From positions 337,504 to 401,503 of the forward strand of contig CAZPAW010000001.1 in assembly GCA_964584895.1 (NCBI GenBank): a DNA stretch of 64,000 nt, read 5' to 3'. Positions 27,026 through 37,735 of the stretch are shown in pieces. A program made the translations under genes and the position numbers. Each line of letters starts with the position of its first letter. Position 1 is the first letter of the stretch. This DNA is from an uncultured Candidatus Saccharibacteria bacterium (lineage in GTDB: Bacteria; Patescibacteriota; Saccharimonadia; Saccharimonadales; JAGQNJ01). The notes under the pieces were generated by a model. The model searched no databases and was not told the DNA's origin. It saw only the letters and a list, made by a program, of their open reading frames with translations.

Positions 27026-28489
27026 ATGAATTATTTTGTTACAACATCAATACCATATGTTAACGGCGATCCTCACCTCGGACATGCGTTAGAGTTTATT
27101 ATGGCTGATGTTATGGCGCGCTCTGCTCGTCAGGCAAAAACTCCAACAATTTTTAGTATGGGGACAGATGAGCATGGCGGCAAAATAGCAGAAAAAGCTA
27201 AAGAAAACGGTATGGAGCCAAAATTTTTTACAGATCAAATGAGCCAAAAGTATCGCGATTTAGCAAAAGCATTAAATATTAGCAATGACAGATTTATCCG
27301 TACAACAGACGAAGGTCATGAACAGCGCGCCCAAATCATATGGAAGAACCTAGAGAAGTATATTTATAAAGGTAATTATGAGGGTTGGTATTGTACTGGC
27401 TGTGAAACTTTTGTGCCGGATAATGTAGTAAAGGAGCGAGCTGGGACATGCCCAGATCACAATCGACCTTACGAAAAACTTAAAGAAGATAACTATTTTT
27501 TTAAGGTATCATTATTTTCTGATCAAATTAAAGAAGCTATTAATACCGATACGTTTAAAATTGTCCCAACGACCAGAAAACAAGAGATATTAAATATTAT
27601 CGGCAAAGGTCTGGAGGATATCAGTATCTCTAGACCTAAAGACAAGATAGGCTGGGGGATACCAGTACCGGGCGACGATAGTCAGGTTATGTATGTTTGG
27701 TTTGAAGCGTTGATGAACTATATAACCGTGCTTGGATACCCAGAACATGAGGATTTTAAAAAATTTTGGCCGGCACAGGTTCAGGTTATCGGCAAAGATA
27801 TCTTGAGGTTTCACGCAGCGATTTGGCCTGCAATGTTATTAGGACTTGGTTTACCATTGCCAAAAATTTTATTTGTTCATGGCTTTATTACGCTTGACGG
27901 CAAGAAAATGAGTAAAAGTCTAGATAACTATATTGCGCCATCGCAAATTTTAGAAAAATATTCAGCCGATGTGTTTCGATATTTCTTTTTACGTCATTTG
28001 CCGAGTTATGATGACGGCGATTTTAGTTGGGAAAAGTTAGATGAGGCATACAATAATGAGCTTGCGAACGAACTAGGCAATGCAGTGCAGCGAACGGTTG
28101 TGTTGATTCAAAAGCATCAGGCGGGAGTAATTGGAGTAATACCAGAACCAGGTCACGATATCGATGGTTATAAGAACGCAATGGAGGCTTGTAAATTTGA
28201 CAGGGCTCTAGATGAGGTCTGGGAGCAAGTCAGGGGCCTAAATCAATATATCGAGGAAGAAAAACCTTGGGAGATTGCAAAACATGATGATGCTGGACAT
28301 CTTCGCGACATTTTGGCATACCAAGTAGGAGCACTACTTCAGATAGCCAATCTATTAACGCCATTTATGCCAGAAACAGCTGACAGGATAAAACATATCT
28401 TTGCTTCAGGCGTTGTCCAGCCGATTGAAGGTACACTTTTTCCTCGTAACGATAAAGCCACTCCGCTTACTCAAAAATTAAAGAGTTAA
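27026..28489 (+). CDS. metG: methionyl-tRNA synthetase
   Basis: 487 aa. PYVNGDPHLGHA (HIGH) and KMSKSL motifs. Confidence 0.95.
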   Translation: MNYFVTTSIPYVNGDPHLGHALEFIMADVMARSARQAKTPTIFSMGTDEHGGKIAEKAKENGMEPKFFTDQMSQKYRDLAKALNISNDRFIRTTDEGHEQRAQIIWKNLEKYIYKGNYEGWYCTGCETFVPDNVVKERAGTCPDHNRPYEKLKEDNYFFKVSLFSDQIKEAINTDTFKIVPTTRKQEILNIIGKGLEDISISRPKDKIGWGIPVPGDDSQVMYVWFEALMNYITVLGYPEHEDFKKFWPAQVQVIGKDILRFHAAIWPAMLLGLGLPLPKILFVHGFITLDGKKMSKSLDNYIAPSQILEKYSADVFRYFFLRHLPSYDDGDFSWEKLDEAYNNELANELGNAVQRTVVLIQKHQAGVIGVIPEPGHDIDGYKNAMEACKFDRALDEVWEQVRGLNQYIEEEKPWEIAKHDDAGHLRDILAYQVGALLQIANLLTPFMPETADRIKHIFASGVVQPIEGTLFPRNDKATPLTQKLKS

Positions 28490-28491
28490 TC

Positions 28492-29337
28492 ATGACATTA
28501 GTCGATACTCATTGCCATATTCATGAGGCTACGCTTGAGGGTAAGTCAGAGCTAAGTAAAGACGAGGAAATCACCCGAGCAAAGTGGATAAAAGCGGGAA
28601 GCCCAACGCCTGAGGATATTATCGAACGAGCCAAAAAAGCCGGGGTTAACCAGCTTATATGCGTTGGGACGTCAGCCCAGGATAGTAAGTTGGCAGTTAA
28701 TTTTGTGAGCAACAAGCTAGATTGTTTTGCTAGTATCGGGATTCATCCCCACGAATCCGATAGGCATTTAGATTACGATTTTGATGAGTTTTTTAAACTC
28801 GCCACACAACCAAAAGTAGTGTCGGTGGGAGAAATTGGTCTGGATTATTTTTATGAACATTCTAAAAAATCAGCTCAAAAACAAATACTAATAAATCAGT
28901 TAAAGGTTGCGCAGAAAAACGATTTACCAGTGATATTTCACGTTCGAGGCAGTAAAGACACTCCTCACGATGCATTTGATGATTTATTTGCCATTTTGGC
29001 CGATTTTAAGGGGCTTAGAGGCGTTGTTCATAGTTTTACGGCTGATAGTGCTACTCTTGACAAAATTCTCGCCCTAGGGCTTTATATTGGCTTGAATGGT
29101 ATTATGACATTCACGCAAGATCCATCACAGTTAGTGATGGCAAAACAGGTCCCAAGGGATAGGCTAGTTATCGAAACAGATTCACCATATTTGACACCAC
29201 ATCCTCATCGTGGTAAAATATGCGAACCAATGTATCTTCGTGATACAGCAGTGTTTTTAGCAGATTTACGAGACGAAGATCTCGACGATTTTGCAAAATA
29301 CACTACAAGTAACGCTAAAGAGCTATTCAAATTATGA
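28492..29337 (+). CDS. tatD: TatD-family metal-dependent hydrolase/DNase
   Basis: 281 aa. DTHCH, GIHPHE, GEIGLDY, HSF, ETDSPYL motifs. Confidence 0.9.
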   Translation: MTLVDTHCHIHEATLEGKSELSKDEEITRAKWIKAGSPTPEDIIERAKKAGVNQLICVGTSAQDSKLAVNFVSNKLDCFASIGIHPHESDRHLDYDFDEFFKLATQPKVVSVGEIGLDYFYEHSKKSAQKQILINQLKVAQKNDLPVIFHVRGSKDTPHDAFDDLFAILADFKGLRGVVHSFTADSATLDKILALGLYIGLNGIMTFTQDPSQLVMAKQVPRDRLVIETDSPYLTPHPHRGKICEPMYLRDTAVFLADLRDEDLDDFAKYTTSNAKELFKL

Positions 29338-29663
29338 CAAACAATACTGAAATAAGACCAGAATTAACAGTCGAGACAGCCAGAGACCTTGTATCGATTG
29401 CTTTAGCGTCGGCGGTTGAAACACATCCAGCAATTGTTGAGGTAAGGCGTGAGATTGAAATATCGCCGAAACTAGTACGTACTGATCTGATAAGTGGTGA
29501 TGGAATGCGAACAATTGGTGAGTCTGAAAGTCATGAAGAATTTGCTCGTGCCTTAGTCGAAGAGGCTTTTAGAGATCTGCCGGAGATTTCAGCCGAAGTT
29601 ATCCCTGTCCGACAACTTCCAGATCCAGATGTTAGTAATTCGCAATTCGCGATATCGGCTTAA
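29334..29663 (+). CDS. hypothetical acidic protein
   Basis: 109-aa ORF with a 4-nt overlap with the tatD stop. Confidence 0.45.
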   Translation: MTNNTEIRPELTVETARDLVSIALASAVETHPAIVEVRREIEISPKLVRTDLISGDGMRTIGESESHEEFARALVEEAFRDLPEISAEVIPVRQLPDPDVSNSQFAISA

Positions 29664-29678
29664 GGGTAAAATAAATTT

Positions 29679-30833
29679 ATGAGCGATCATCAACAGATAT
29701 ATCTTGATTATGCAGCCGCTACACCGCTAGATCCTACAGTACTTGAGGCTATGATGCCGTATTTAACAGATGAGTTTTATAATCCATCGGCTGGCTACCA
29801 ATCTGCTAAAAGGGTGCGAGGGGCAATTAATGAATCACGACGATTTGTGGCTCATTGGTTAGGGGTAAAACCTAGTGAAATTATTTTTACAGCTGGTGGG
29901 ACAGAAGCTAATAATCTGGCAATTAATGGTGTAATGAGCAAATATCCAGATTCTGAGATTATTATTAGTTCGATAGAGCACGAATCTATCAGAGAACCAG
30001 CCAATCTATATAAATGTAATGAGGTGCCGGTTGATAAGAGTGGGATTGTTGATGTCGCAAAGTTAACAAAACTGATTACCGACAAAACTGTGTTAGTAAG
30101 TGTTGTATACGCAAATAACGAAATTGGAGTAATCCAGCCACCTCGTGAAATTTATACAGTTATCGAAAAAGTTAGAAAAGTCCGCCTACAAAAAGGCAAT
30201 AATCTACCGATTTATCTTCATAGCGATGCTTGTCAGGCTGGCAATTATTTAGACCTGCATGTCGCTCGACTTGGCGTGGACTTTTTGACACTTAATGGCG
30301 GTAAAATTTATGGTCCAAAGCAATCAGGGGCGTTATATATACGTGCCGGTATCGAGCTAGCGCCACTCATTCGTGGTGGCGGTCAAGAACAAAGCTTGCG
30401 TAGTGGCACTGAAAACGTGGCGAGCTGTGTGGGGTTTGGCAAGGCCTTGGATATGGCGCAATCGATGCGTGTTGAGGAGTCCAAACGAGTCAGCGAGCTA
30501 CGCGATGAATTTGTAAAAATGTTACAAAAAAACTTCCCTAAAATCAAAATTAACGGATCAATGAAAAAGCGATTACCTAACAATATTAGCGTGACATTTC
30601 CGGGCGTTGATAACGAGCGGTTAATGATGCAACTCGACGAAGCTGGGATAATGTGCTCGGTTGGGTCGGCGTGTAGCGCCAGTAGCGACGAACCATCGCA
30701 CGTTCTAAAAGCAATCGGCCTATCCGATGCTCAGGCTCAATCCACCATCCGCTTCAGCATTGGTCGCCAAACATTTGAAAGAGGTATTCGGCAAGTTTTG
30801 TCAGCGTTAGCTCAGGTACTTAAAGATAGCTAG
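29679..30833 (+). CDS. iscS: cysteine desulfurase (class V aminotransferase)
   Basis: 384 aa. IYLDYAAATP, FTAGGTEANN, GGKIYGPK, RSGTENV, SVGSACSA motifs. Confidence 0.9.
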   Translation: MSDHQQIYLDYAAATPLDPTVLEAMMPYLTDEFYNPSAGYQSAKRVRGAINESRRFVAHWLGVKPSEIIFTAGGTEANNLAINGVMSKYPDSEIIISSIEHESIREPANLYKCNEVPVDKSGIVDVAKLTKLITDKTVLVSVVYANNEIGVIQPPREIYTVIEKVRKVRLQKGNNLPIYLHSDACQAGNYLDLHVARLGVDFLTLNGGKIYGPKQSGALYIRAGIELAPLIRGGGQEQSLRSGTENVASCVGFGKALDMAQSMRVEESKRVSELRDEFVKMLQKNFPKIKINGSMKKRLPNNISVTFPGVDNERLMMQLDEAGIMCSVGSACSASSDEPSHVLKAIGLSDAQAQSTIRFSIGRQTFERGIRQVLSALAQVLKDS

Positions 30834-30840
30834 ATAGTTG

Positions 30841-31137
30841 TTATACGGCGTTTTCTATCGCTACTAAGGCCCCGTTGATAGCGTTGTTTACTCTTGAAAG
30901 TACGTTATCAGGAGGTGTTGTTCGTCCCGCTTCAAGCCCGGCAGCACCAAGTGCTACACCTAGAGCAACCATGCCACCCGTCACTATCTCTGCATCTCGT
31001 AGTGACACCATTCGGTCATGGTTGGCTAAGGACGCAGCTAACTCTGTCTGGCCGGAGGCAATAAAGCCAATACGCGCAAATGCTACTTCTCTTCTGGTTA
31101 CTCTCATCAAATCGTTGTTGCTATCAAATTCCATCAA
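30841..31137 (-). CDS. hypothetical protein
   Basis: 98 aa. A strong RBS (AAAGGAG) lies 5 nt upstream on the minus strand. Preferred over the overlapping + strand ORF 30875..31204, which has biased low-complexity composition. Confidence 0.5.
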   Translation of the reverse strand: MMEFDSNNDLMRVTRREVAFARIGFIASGQTELAASLANHDRMVSLRDAEIVTGGMVALGVALGAAGLEAGRTTPPDNVLSRVNNAINGALVAIENAV

Positions 31138-31207
31138 AAAACTCCTTTTATTAAAGTATTTATATATCGTTTGCCTTAATGTGTCAATAGTTGGTATGAT
31201 GTAACAG

Positions 31208-32305
31208 ATGAAAACAGTATATGTTGGGATGAGCGGCGGGGTCGATAGCTCCGTTACGGCAGCACTTCTAAAAGAGCAGGGCTACAACGTTGTCGGTGTC
31301 TATATGAAGAACTGGACCAAGAGCCTGCCTGGTTTTGATTGCCCTTGGAAAGAGGATTTTGCTGATGCAAAACGTGTTGCCGTGCAACTGGGTATCGATT
31401 TTAAGGTGTTTGATTTTGAGAAGCAATATAAACAAAAAGTAGTAGATTACATGATTAACGAGTTTAAAGCGGGGCGAACTCCAAACCCAGACATCATGTG
31501 CAATCAAGAGGTAAAATTTAAGCTGTTTTTGGAAATGTGTCTGGAAGATGGCGCAGATCTAATAGCCACTGGCCATTATGCTCGAGTTGAAAACTCGAGC
31601 AGCTCTAAGCTGTCAGCTAAAAGCTCTAAGCTTGGCATCGCACGACTTCTTAAGGCTCGCGATGCCAATAAAGATCAAACGTATTTTTTGTATCGAATAA
31701 CAGAGAAGGCATTATCAAAAACATTGTTTCCGTTAGGCGAATATACGAAGCCGGAAGTAAGAAAACTGGCTAAAAAGTTTGGTCTAGTGACGGCGGAAAA
31801 GAAAGAAAGCATGGGCATATGTTTTGTTGGCAAGGTTGGTATTAAGGAATTTCTCAGCCAATACGTCAAAACAAAACCTGGCAATATTATCGATGAATCC
31901 GCCGGCGGGCGGAGGCAAGTAGTTGGCGAGCACGACGGTGCTATTTTCTACACTATCGGACAGCGGTCGGGGCTTGGTGTTGGTGGCGGCCTGCCGTATT
32001 ACGTGACTGGCAAAGACATGATAAAAAACGAAGTCTACGTTACCACTAATTTAGACGACAAAAAACTCTGGTACAAAGAGCTAAATCTAACAGATGTCCA
32101 CTGGATAAATAATCCACTCGAAGACAATGCCAAAGTACAGGTACGCACTAGACATAGGGCCCCATTAATCGACGCAACACTACAAGTAGTGTCAAAAAAC
32201 AAAGCTATTGTCACCACAAAAGACGCAATCCGCGCCGTAACCCCCGGTCAATCCGCAGTAATTTATGACGGCGACCTAGTCCTCGGCGGAGGAATTATCT
32301 GTTAA
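31208..32305 (+). CDS. mnmA: tRNA 2-thiouridine(34) synthase
   Basis: 365 aa. PP-loop GMSGGVDSSV, NPDIMCN, ATGHYAR motifs. Confidence 0.93.
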   Translation: MKTVYVGMSGGVDSSVTAALLKEQGYNVVGVYMKNWTKSLPGFDCPWKEDFADAKRVAVQLGIDFKVFDFEKQYKQKVVDYMINEFKAGRTPNPDIMCNQEVKFKLFLEMCLEDGADLIATGHYARVENSSSSKLSAKSSKLGIARLLKARDANKDQTYFLYRITEKALSKTLFPLGEYTKPEVRKLAKKFGLVTAEKKESMGICFVGKVGIKEFLSQYVKTKPGNIIDESAGGRRQVVGEHDGAIFYTIGQRSGLGVGGGLPYYVTGKDMIKNEVYVTTNLDDKKLWYKELNLTDVHWINNPLEDNAKVQVRTRHRAPLIDATLQVVSKNKAIVTTKDAIRAVTPGQSAVIYDGDLVLGGGIIC

Positions 32306-32316
32306 AATATAAAAAT

Positions 32317-34269
32317 ATGACAGCACAAGAGATTCGAAAGGCATATTTAGAGTTTTTTGAAAAACGCGGACACAAAATAATTCCGCGTGCTCCGTTGGTG
32401 CCTGATAATGACCCAACAACGCTATTCACGGGCAGTGGCATGCAACCACTACTTCCGTATTTGCTCGGCGAAAAACACCCAGCTGGCGTACGCCTGACTG
32501 ATAGTCAAACAGTGATTCGGGTGCAAGATATTGAAGAGGTTGGCGACAATCGACACGATACGTTTTTCGAGATGCTTGGGAATTGGTCTCTAGGCGATTA
32601 CTTTAAAAAAGAGCAAATCCCGTGGTTTTGGGAACTGTTAACAGATGAAATTGGCCTAGATCCAGACAAGCTATTTATAACATTGTTTATTGGTGACGAA
32701 AAATACAATGTCCCTAGAGACACTGAATCTGCAAGTATCTGGAAAGATGTTTTAGGCAAAAGTGATATCAAAGCAAATGAAGCTGATATGGGCAGTGAAG
32801 AGATGGCTGCCAAAAGAGGTATGAAACCAGGAGAGAAAATATTTTTTTACGATGGTTCCAAAAACTGGTGGAGTCGCTCGGGCCAACCTGAGAATATGCC
32901 AGCAGGTGAACCCGGTGGACCAACAACAGAGATATTTTACGAATTTGACTTCGTAGAGCATGATAAAGATTATGGAGAAAACTGTCATCCTAATTGTGAT
33001 TGTGGTCGGTTTGTAGAGATTGGCAACTCTGTATTCATGGAGTATCTAAAATCAGAAAAAGGGATCGAGAAGTTGCCGAAACAAAACGTTGATTTTGGCG
33101 GTGGGCTAGAGCGATTGGCAATGGCGGCTATTAACAGCCCAGATGTTTTCAAAATTAGTATCATGTGGCCAATTATTGAAAAACTAGAGAAAATCAGTGG
33201 TAAAAACTATGATTCACATACCACAGCAATGCGAGTTATCGCCGATCATTTGCGTAGTGCAACATGGCTTGCTGTTGATGGTGTAACGCCAAGCAACAAA
33301 GAACAGGGTTATGTTATGCGCCGCCTGCTACGTCGCGCCATTCGATTTGCCTTTGAGCTGGGTATTGAGCAAAACTTTTTGCAGGAGGTAGTGCCGGTAA
33401 TTACTGAGCTGTACGAAAATGATTTCCCAGAGGTAAAAGTCAAAAAAGATGAAATTATAGAGACCTTGGCGAGAGAAGAAAAAGTCTTTCGCCAGACACT
33501 ACGTAAAGGCCTCAAAGAATTTGAAAAATCAACAGGCTTCACGATTGGAGTGTCAACAATCGGCGGACCAGACAAAATTGGCAAGCAATCTGAAAAGATC
33601 AAAGAATTGAGTGGCGAGTTAATCTTCCGACTTTATGACACTTATGGGTTCCCTACAGAATTAAGTCTAGAAGAAGCGTCAATTAGAGATATTAAAGTAT
33701 CGAAAGATTGGCAACAGCAATTCGAAGCTAAAATGAAGGAACAACGAGAACGTAGTCAGACGGCTACCAAAGGTACATTTAAAGGTGGTCTTGGTGGGCA
33801 GACAATGCAACATAAGAAATACCATACAGCGACGCATTTGATGTATCAGGCCTTGCGCGATGTTTTGGGTGACCACGTTGTGCAACGTGGCTCTAACATT
33901 ACAGAAGAACGTCTGCGATTTGACTTTAGCCATCCTGAAAAAGTCACTAAAGAGCAATTGCGAGTAGTTGAAGATATGGTAAATGAACAGATAAAAAATG
34001 ATTTAACAGTGACATTTGAAGAGCACCCTAAAGAATATGCATTGGAAAAACTTAAACCACTAGGTCATTTTGGAGACCGCTACGGCGATGTGATAAAAAT
34101 CTACCGCATGCAAGGAAAGAACGACAAAGAACCATTTAGCTATGAAATTTGTGGTGGCCCCCATGTTGAGCATACTGGACAGTTAGCCGAAGGCGGTAAA
34201 ACATTTAAAATTACGAAAGAAGAAGCAAGTTCTGCCGGTATTCGACGTATTAAAGCAGTATTGCAGTAG
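32317..34269 (+). CDS. alaS: alanyl-tRNA synthetase, short form lacking the C-terminal (C-Ala) domain
   Basis: 650 aa. N-terminal FFEKRGH, FTGSGMQP. Editing-domain HTATHLM and CGGPHV. The protein ends about 35 aa after CGGPHV. Confidence 0.9.
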   Translation: MTAQEIRKAYLEFFEKRGHKIIPRAPLVPDNDPTTLFTGSGMQPLLPYLLGEKHPAGVRLTDSQTVIRVQDIEEVGDNRHDTFFEMLGNWSLGDYFKKEQIPWFWELLTDEIGLDPDKLFITLFIGDEKYNVPRDTESASIWKDVLGKSDIKANEADMGSEEMAAKRGMKPGEKIFFYDGSKNWWSRSGQPENMPAGEPGGPTTEIFYEFDFVEHDKDYGENCHPNCDCGRFVEIGNSVFMEYLKSEKGIEKLPKQNVDFGGGLERLAMAAINSPDVFKISIMWPIIEKLEKISGKNYDSHTTAMRVIADHLRSATWLAVDGVTPSNKEQGYVMRRLLRRAIRFAFELGIEQNFLQEVVPVITELYENDFPEVKVKKDEIIETLAREEKVFRQTLRKGLKEFEKSTGFTIGVSTIGGPDKIGKQSEKIKELSGELIFRLYDTYGFPTELSLEEASIRDIKVSKDWQQQFEAKMKEQRERSQTATKGTFKGGLGGQTMQHKKYHTATHLMYQALRDVLGDHVVQRGSNITEERLRFDFSHPEKVTKEQLRVVEDMVNEQIKNDLTVTFEEHPKEYALEKLKPLGHFGDRYGDVIKIYRMQGKNDKEPFSYEICGGPHVEHTGQLAEGGKTFKITKEEASSAGIRRIKAVLQ

Positions 34270-34290
34270 CTTATCAGAATAAATAATTAG

Positions 34291-34659
34291 TTATTGGCGC
34301 GCGTCAAACAGGCAATCGCCAAGTTGCGTAGCTGGCTCGATCATGTTTCTGCGAATCCCAGTAAGAGCAACCACTACACTGAATTTGCAGGCATCTATTT
34401 CACAAACTCGCGTTTCTACATCGCAGGTTTCGTAGTCGCTATCGACGCCATACGGGCAATCAGGTTGCCAGCCAGGCTTGTTTTCTCTTCCAACATAACG
34501 AGTAGCTGAATGTCTAGATCCTTCAACTACTTCTGCTCTATCATTCACTCCGTCATATTTGTCGGCATATCGTTGCAAACACTGGGGTGTTTCTGCCTCT
34601 TCAAGCATTGCCGCATCAACATCATCCATTAATTTTTCGTACCATGCATCTGTATCCAT
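34291..34659 (-). CDS. hypothetical Cys-rich acidic protein
   Basis: 122-aa ORF, convergent with alaS, with 7 Cys. Confidence 0.45.
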   Translation of the reverse strand: MDTDAWYEKLMDDVDAAMLEEAETPQCLQRYADKYDGVNDRAEVVEGSRHSATRYVGRENKPGWQPDCPYGVDSDYETCDVETRVCEIDACKFSVVVALTGIRRNMIEPATQLGDCLFDARQ

Positions 34660-34781
34660 AAGTTTTTTATATCGATAAAATTAAGAAAAGTCAAAATATG
34701 TCATTTGGGATTTTGCAAAACTTTTATGCAAATACCAAAATAAAACTCTTTATTGCTCATGGTATAATTACGAGGGTAATT

Positions 34782-36074
34782 ATGCTTGATAAATTAAAAA
34801 AAATAAAACCGTCGGCACATGTTAAAACAAAAGGCAAAAAGAACTCTGATCGTTTTGTCGTGGCGCTTGATATTGGGACAGAATTTGTTAAAGCCTTGAT
34901 TGCCCAAGTTGAAGGCAATAAAGCTGAGATTATAGGGGTTGGCAGAGCACATCAAGGGTTAGGCGATATGCAGGCTGGCGCCATCTCAGATATTGGTGCA
35001 GTGGTTGCAAATTGCGACAAGGCGTTAACCGAGGCCGAGAGGATGGCGGGTGTTAGCGCTAGAACAGCTATGATTGGAATAGCCGGAGAACTTGTTAAGG
35101 GCACAACGACGAATGTTCGCGTAAAACGTCGCGACGGTACAAAGCCGATGGATATTGCCGAGATAGAAGAAATTATTGCGCTTGTTCAAAAACGGGCCGA
35201 AGAAATTGCCAAACGCCAACTAGCATGGGAGTTGGGCGGTAAAAAAGTCGAGATTAGGTTAGTTAATAGCGCTCTAGTTGGGATTGAGATTGATGGCTAT
35301 AAAGTTACGAATCCTCTTGGTTTTCAGGGGCAAGATGTGGTTGTTCAACTCTACACTGCTTTTGCTCCACTGATTCATATTGGGGCGCTTGAACGTACGG
35401 CCCAAGAATTAGACTTGGACCTTTTGGCTGTTGCTGCTGAGCCGTTTGCAGTATCTAGATCGGTTATTGGAGATGATGCCAGTGCAAATATGAGCGCCAT
35501 ATTAATGGATGTCGGCGGTGGTACGACGGATATAGCGGTTATTAATGATGGTGGCGTACAAGGTACCAAGATGTTTGGTATCGGTGGTCGCGCCTATACT
35601 AGGTCTGTCGAAAAAGAGTTAGATGTTAGTTTTGAGCAAGCTGAAGAGATGAAATTAGCGTTATCTAATAATGAAAACCCAGACGATAAAAACAAGGATG
35701 TGGTCGCAGCGCTAGAAAAAACTCTGGATGTGTGGGTAAAAGGGGTGGATTTGGCGCTATCTGATTTTACAAAACTTGATCATATGCCATCTAAAATACT
35801 TCTCTGTGGTGGCGGGTCTAGTCTTGATATGCTAAAACACGAACTTGGCTCGACAAATTGGTACCAGAATCTACCTTTTACAAAAAAACCAACTGTTCAG
35901 TTAATAAAACCAGAACAAGTAGTCGGTATTATTGATAAAACAGATCGTGTTAACGATCATACTTATATTACCGCCATGGGTTTACTGCGAGTCGGAATTG
36001 ATACATTAGCCCAAGAATTAGACAAACCGTCAGGTTCAATAAAAGAAAAGTTTGATAGGATGTTAAGGGTATAA
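34782..36074 (+). CDS. ftsA: FtsA-like actin-family ATPase
   Basis: ALDIGTEFVKA (phosphate 1) and DVGGGTTDIAV (phosphate 2). Start moved from the track's 34698 to ATG 34782, because an extended -10 (TGGTATAAT, 34760-68) and a GAGGG RBS lie inside the putative N-terminal extension. Confidence 0.75.
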   Translation: MLDKLKKIKPSAHVKTKGKKNSDRFVVALDIGTEFVKALIAQVEGNKAEIIGVGRAHQGLGDMQAGAISDIGAVVANCDKALTEAERMAGVSARTAMIGIAGELVKGTTTNVRVKRRDGTKPMDIAEIEEIIALVQKRAEEIAKRQLAWELGGKKVEIRLVNSALVGIEIDGYKVTNPLGFQGQDVVVQLYTAFAPLIHIGALERTAQELDLDLLAVAAEPFAVSRSVIGDDASANMSAILMDVGGGTTDIAVINDGGVQGTKMFGIGGRAYTRSVEKELDVSFEQAEEMKLALSNNENPDDKNKDVVAALEKTLDVWVKGVDLALSDFTKLDHMPSKILLCGGGSSLDMLKHELGSTNWYQNLPFTKKPTVQLIKPEQVVGIIDKTDRVNDHTYITAMGLLRVGIDTLAQELDKPSGSIKEKFDRMLRV

Positions 36075-36075
36075 A

Positions 36076-37728
36076 ATGACAGTTACAAAAGACACAATTT
36101 ATATTGATATCGATGACGAGATTACCGCAATTGTAGATAAACTCCAGGCGAGCGGGTCTAATATCGTTGCTTTAGTCTTGCCAAAACGTGCCACTGTAAT
36201 GCACAGCATAATAAATATGAAGTTGCTAAAACGTGCGGCTGATGAAGCAGGAAAAAAAGTCGTATTGATTACTTCAGAGGTTGGTCTATTGCCGTTAGCC
36301 GGAGCGACTGGTATGTACGTTGCGAAAAACCTTCAGTCAAAACCTGAAATTCCAGAAGCTCCAGATGGTCCTAGTAATGATGAAGATGAAGAAATTACTG
36401 ATATGGCAAACGAGAACCCTGACGATAAAGATCTCGGAAAATTGGCTGGTGCAGCAGCGGTTGGCGCCGTAGCATCAGGTGCCGTAAGAAAAAGCTCTGC
36501 CGCTAGTACCCCTTCCCAAAAACCATCCACTAAGCCAGCCAAAACTAAAGAAAAGCAACCTAAAATCCCTAACTTTAACAAGTTTCGTAAAAAAACATTT
36601 ATTGCTATAGGTGTTATTTTATTATTGATAGTTGGCTGGTACTTTGCTGTTTTTGTTTTACCAAAAGCTACTATTACTATTCAAACTGATACTGAGAATA
36701 TCGCATCTAATTTTGAGTTTACGGCGAGTACTACCTCTAGCACTGTAGATATTGAAGAAAAAACTGTTCCAGCAGAGGTAGAAACTGTTACAAAATCAGA
36801 TAGTCAAACAGCTCCTACGACCGGTACAAAAGACGTGGGGACAAAAGCTAAAGGCACCGTAACAATACGAAACTGTAGCGACACGGCGGTAACAATCAAA
36901 TCTGGTACTGGGGTTAGCAGCAACAGCAAGACATTTATCACCCAAAGTGGCTTGGTGCTTGGTTCGGGCAATTTTGATAGTGACGGAAATTGTAAAACAA
37001 GCGGTAGTCACGTAGGTGCAATTGGTGTTGTAGCCCAAAATAATGGGGACGAATATAATTTGGCAAGCGGTTCGTCCTATTCGGTTGCAGGTTTTGGTTC
37101 GTCCGTATCCGGTGTTGGTACGGCGATGACAGGAGGTACCAGTAAAACAATTAAGGTTGTGACTGAATCTGACGTCAGTTCTGCTAAAGAAAAACTCGAC
37201 ACCAAAGACGATTCAATTAAAGGCGAACTTAAAAAAGCATTAGAGGATAAAGGTTATTATGCTATTGAGGGCACCTATGAGATACAAGACGAAAAGACTG
37301 TAGTAAGTCCAAATGTTGGTCAAGAAGCATCAGAAGTTAAAGTAAGTTACAGCGCTACTTATAAGATGGTAGGAGTGAAAAAAGATGATCTTCGCAAGAT
37401 TGTCGAAGACAGCATCAAAGATCAGGTAGATATTGAAAGACAATCAATTCAAAATGATGGCATCGATAGTGCAAATTATGAAATAATCAGCGGTCAAGAC
37501 AGTGATGATATTGTTATTAGCTATGATTCTCAGGTTGAGGTAGGCCCAGATATTGATCAGGATCAATTGAAGCAAGACATTGCTGGGCAAAAGAAAGGTG
37601 ACACCGAAATTCTAGTCATGGAGTATCCTGGAGTCCAGTCGGTTACAGTTGAATACAGTCCGTTCTGGGTAAACAAAACACCGAAAAATACTTCAAAGAT
37701 AAATATTGAGTTTAGCTCTGCTGAATAA
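36076..37728 (+). CDS. hypothetical single-pass membrane protein
   Basis: 550 aa. Cytoplasmic N-domain, low-complexity linker, one TM (FIAIGVILLLIVGWYFAVFVL) and a large extracytoplasmic domain. Adjacent to the ftsA-like gene. Confidence 0.6.
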   Translation: MTVTKDTIYIDIDDEITAIVDKLQASGSNIVALVLPKRATVMHSIINMKLLKRAADEAGKKVVLITSEVGLLPLAGATGMYVAKNLQSKPEIPEAPDGPSNDEDEEITDMANENPDDKDLGKLAGAAAVGAVASGAVRKSSAASTPSQKPSTKPAKTKEKQPKIPNFNKFRKKTFIAIGVILLLIVGWYFAVFVLPKATITIQTDTENIASNFEFTASTTSSTVDIEEKTVPAEVETVTKSDSQTAPTTGTKDVGTKAKGTVTIRNCSDTAVTIKSGTGVSSNSKTFITQSGLVLGSGNFDSDGNCKTSGSHVGAIGVVAQNNGDEYNLASGSSYSVAGFGSSVSGVGTAMTGGTSKTIKVVTESDVSSAKEKLDTKDDSIKGELKKALEDKGYYAIEGTYEIQDEKTVVSPNVGQEASEVKVSYSATYKMVGVKKDDLRKIVEDSIKDQVDIERQSIQNDGIDSANYEIISGQDSDDIVISYDSQVEVGPDIDQDQLKQDIAGQKKGDTEILVMEYPGVQSVTVEYSPFWVNKTPKNTSKINIEFSSAE

Positions 37729-37735
37729 TATTGGT

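Noticed and set aside
30875-31204. 109-aa + strand ORF overlapping 30841..31137
   Set aside because: It has a Pro/Ser/Ala/Leu-biased sequence and no RBS. The minus-strand ORF has an AAAGGAG RBS and more protein-like composition.
34698-34781. 28-codon N-terminal extension of the FtsA-like ORF
   Set aside because: It contains the probable promoter (-10) and RBS for ATG 34782 and has no FtsA similarity.
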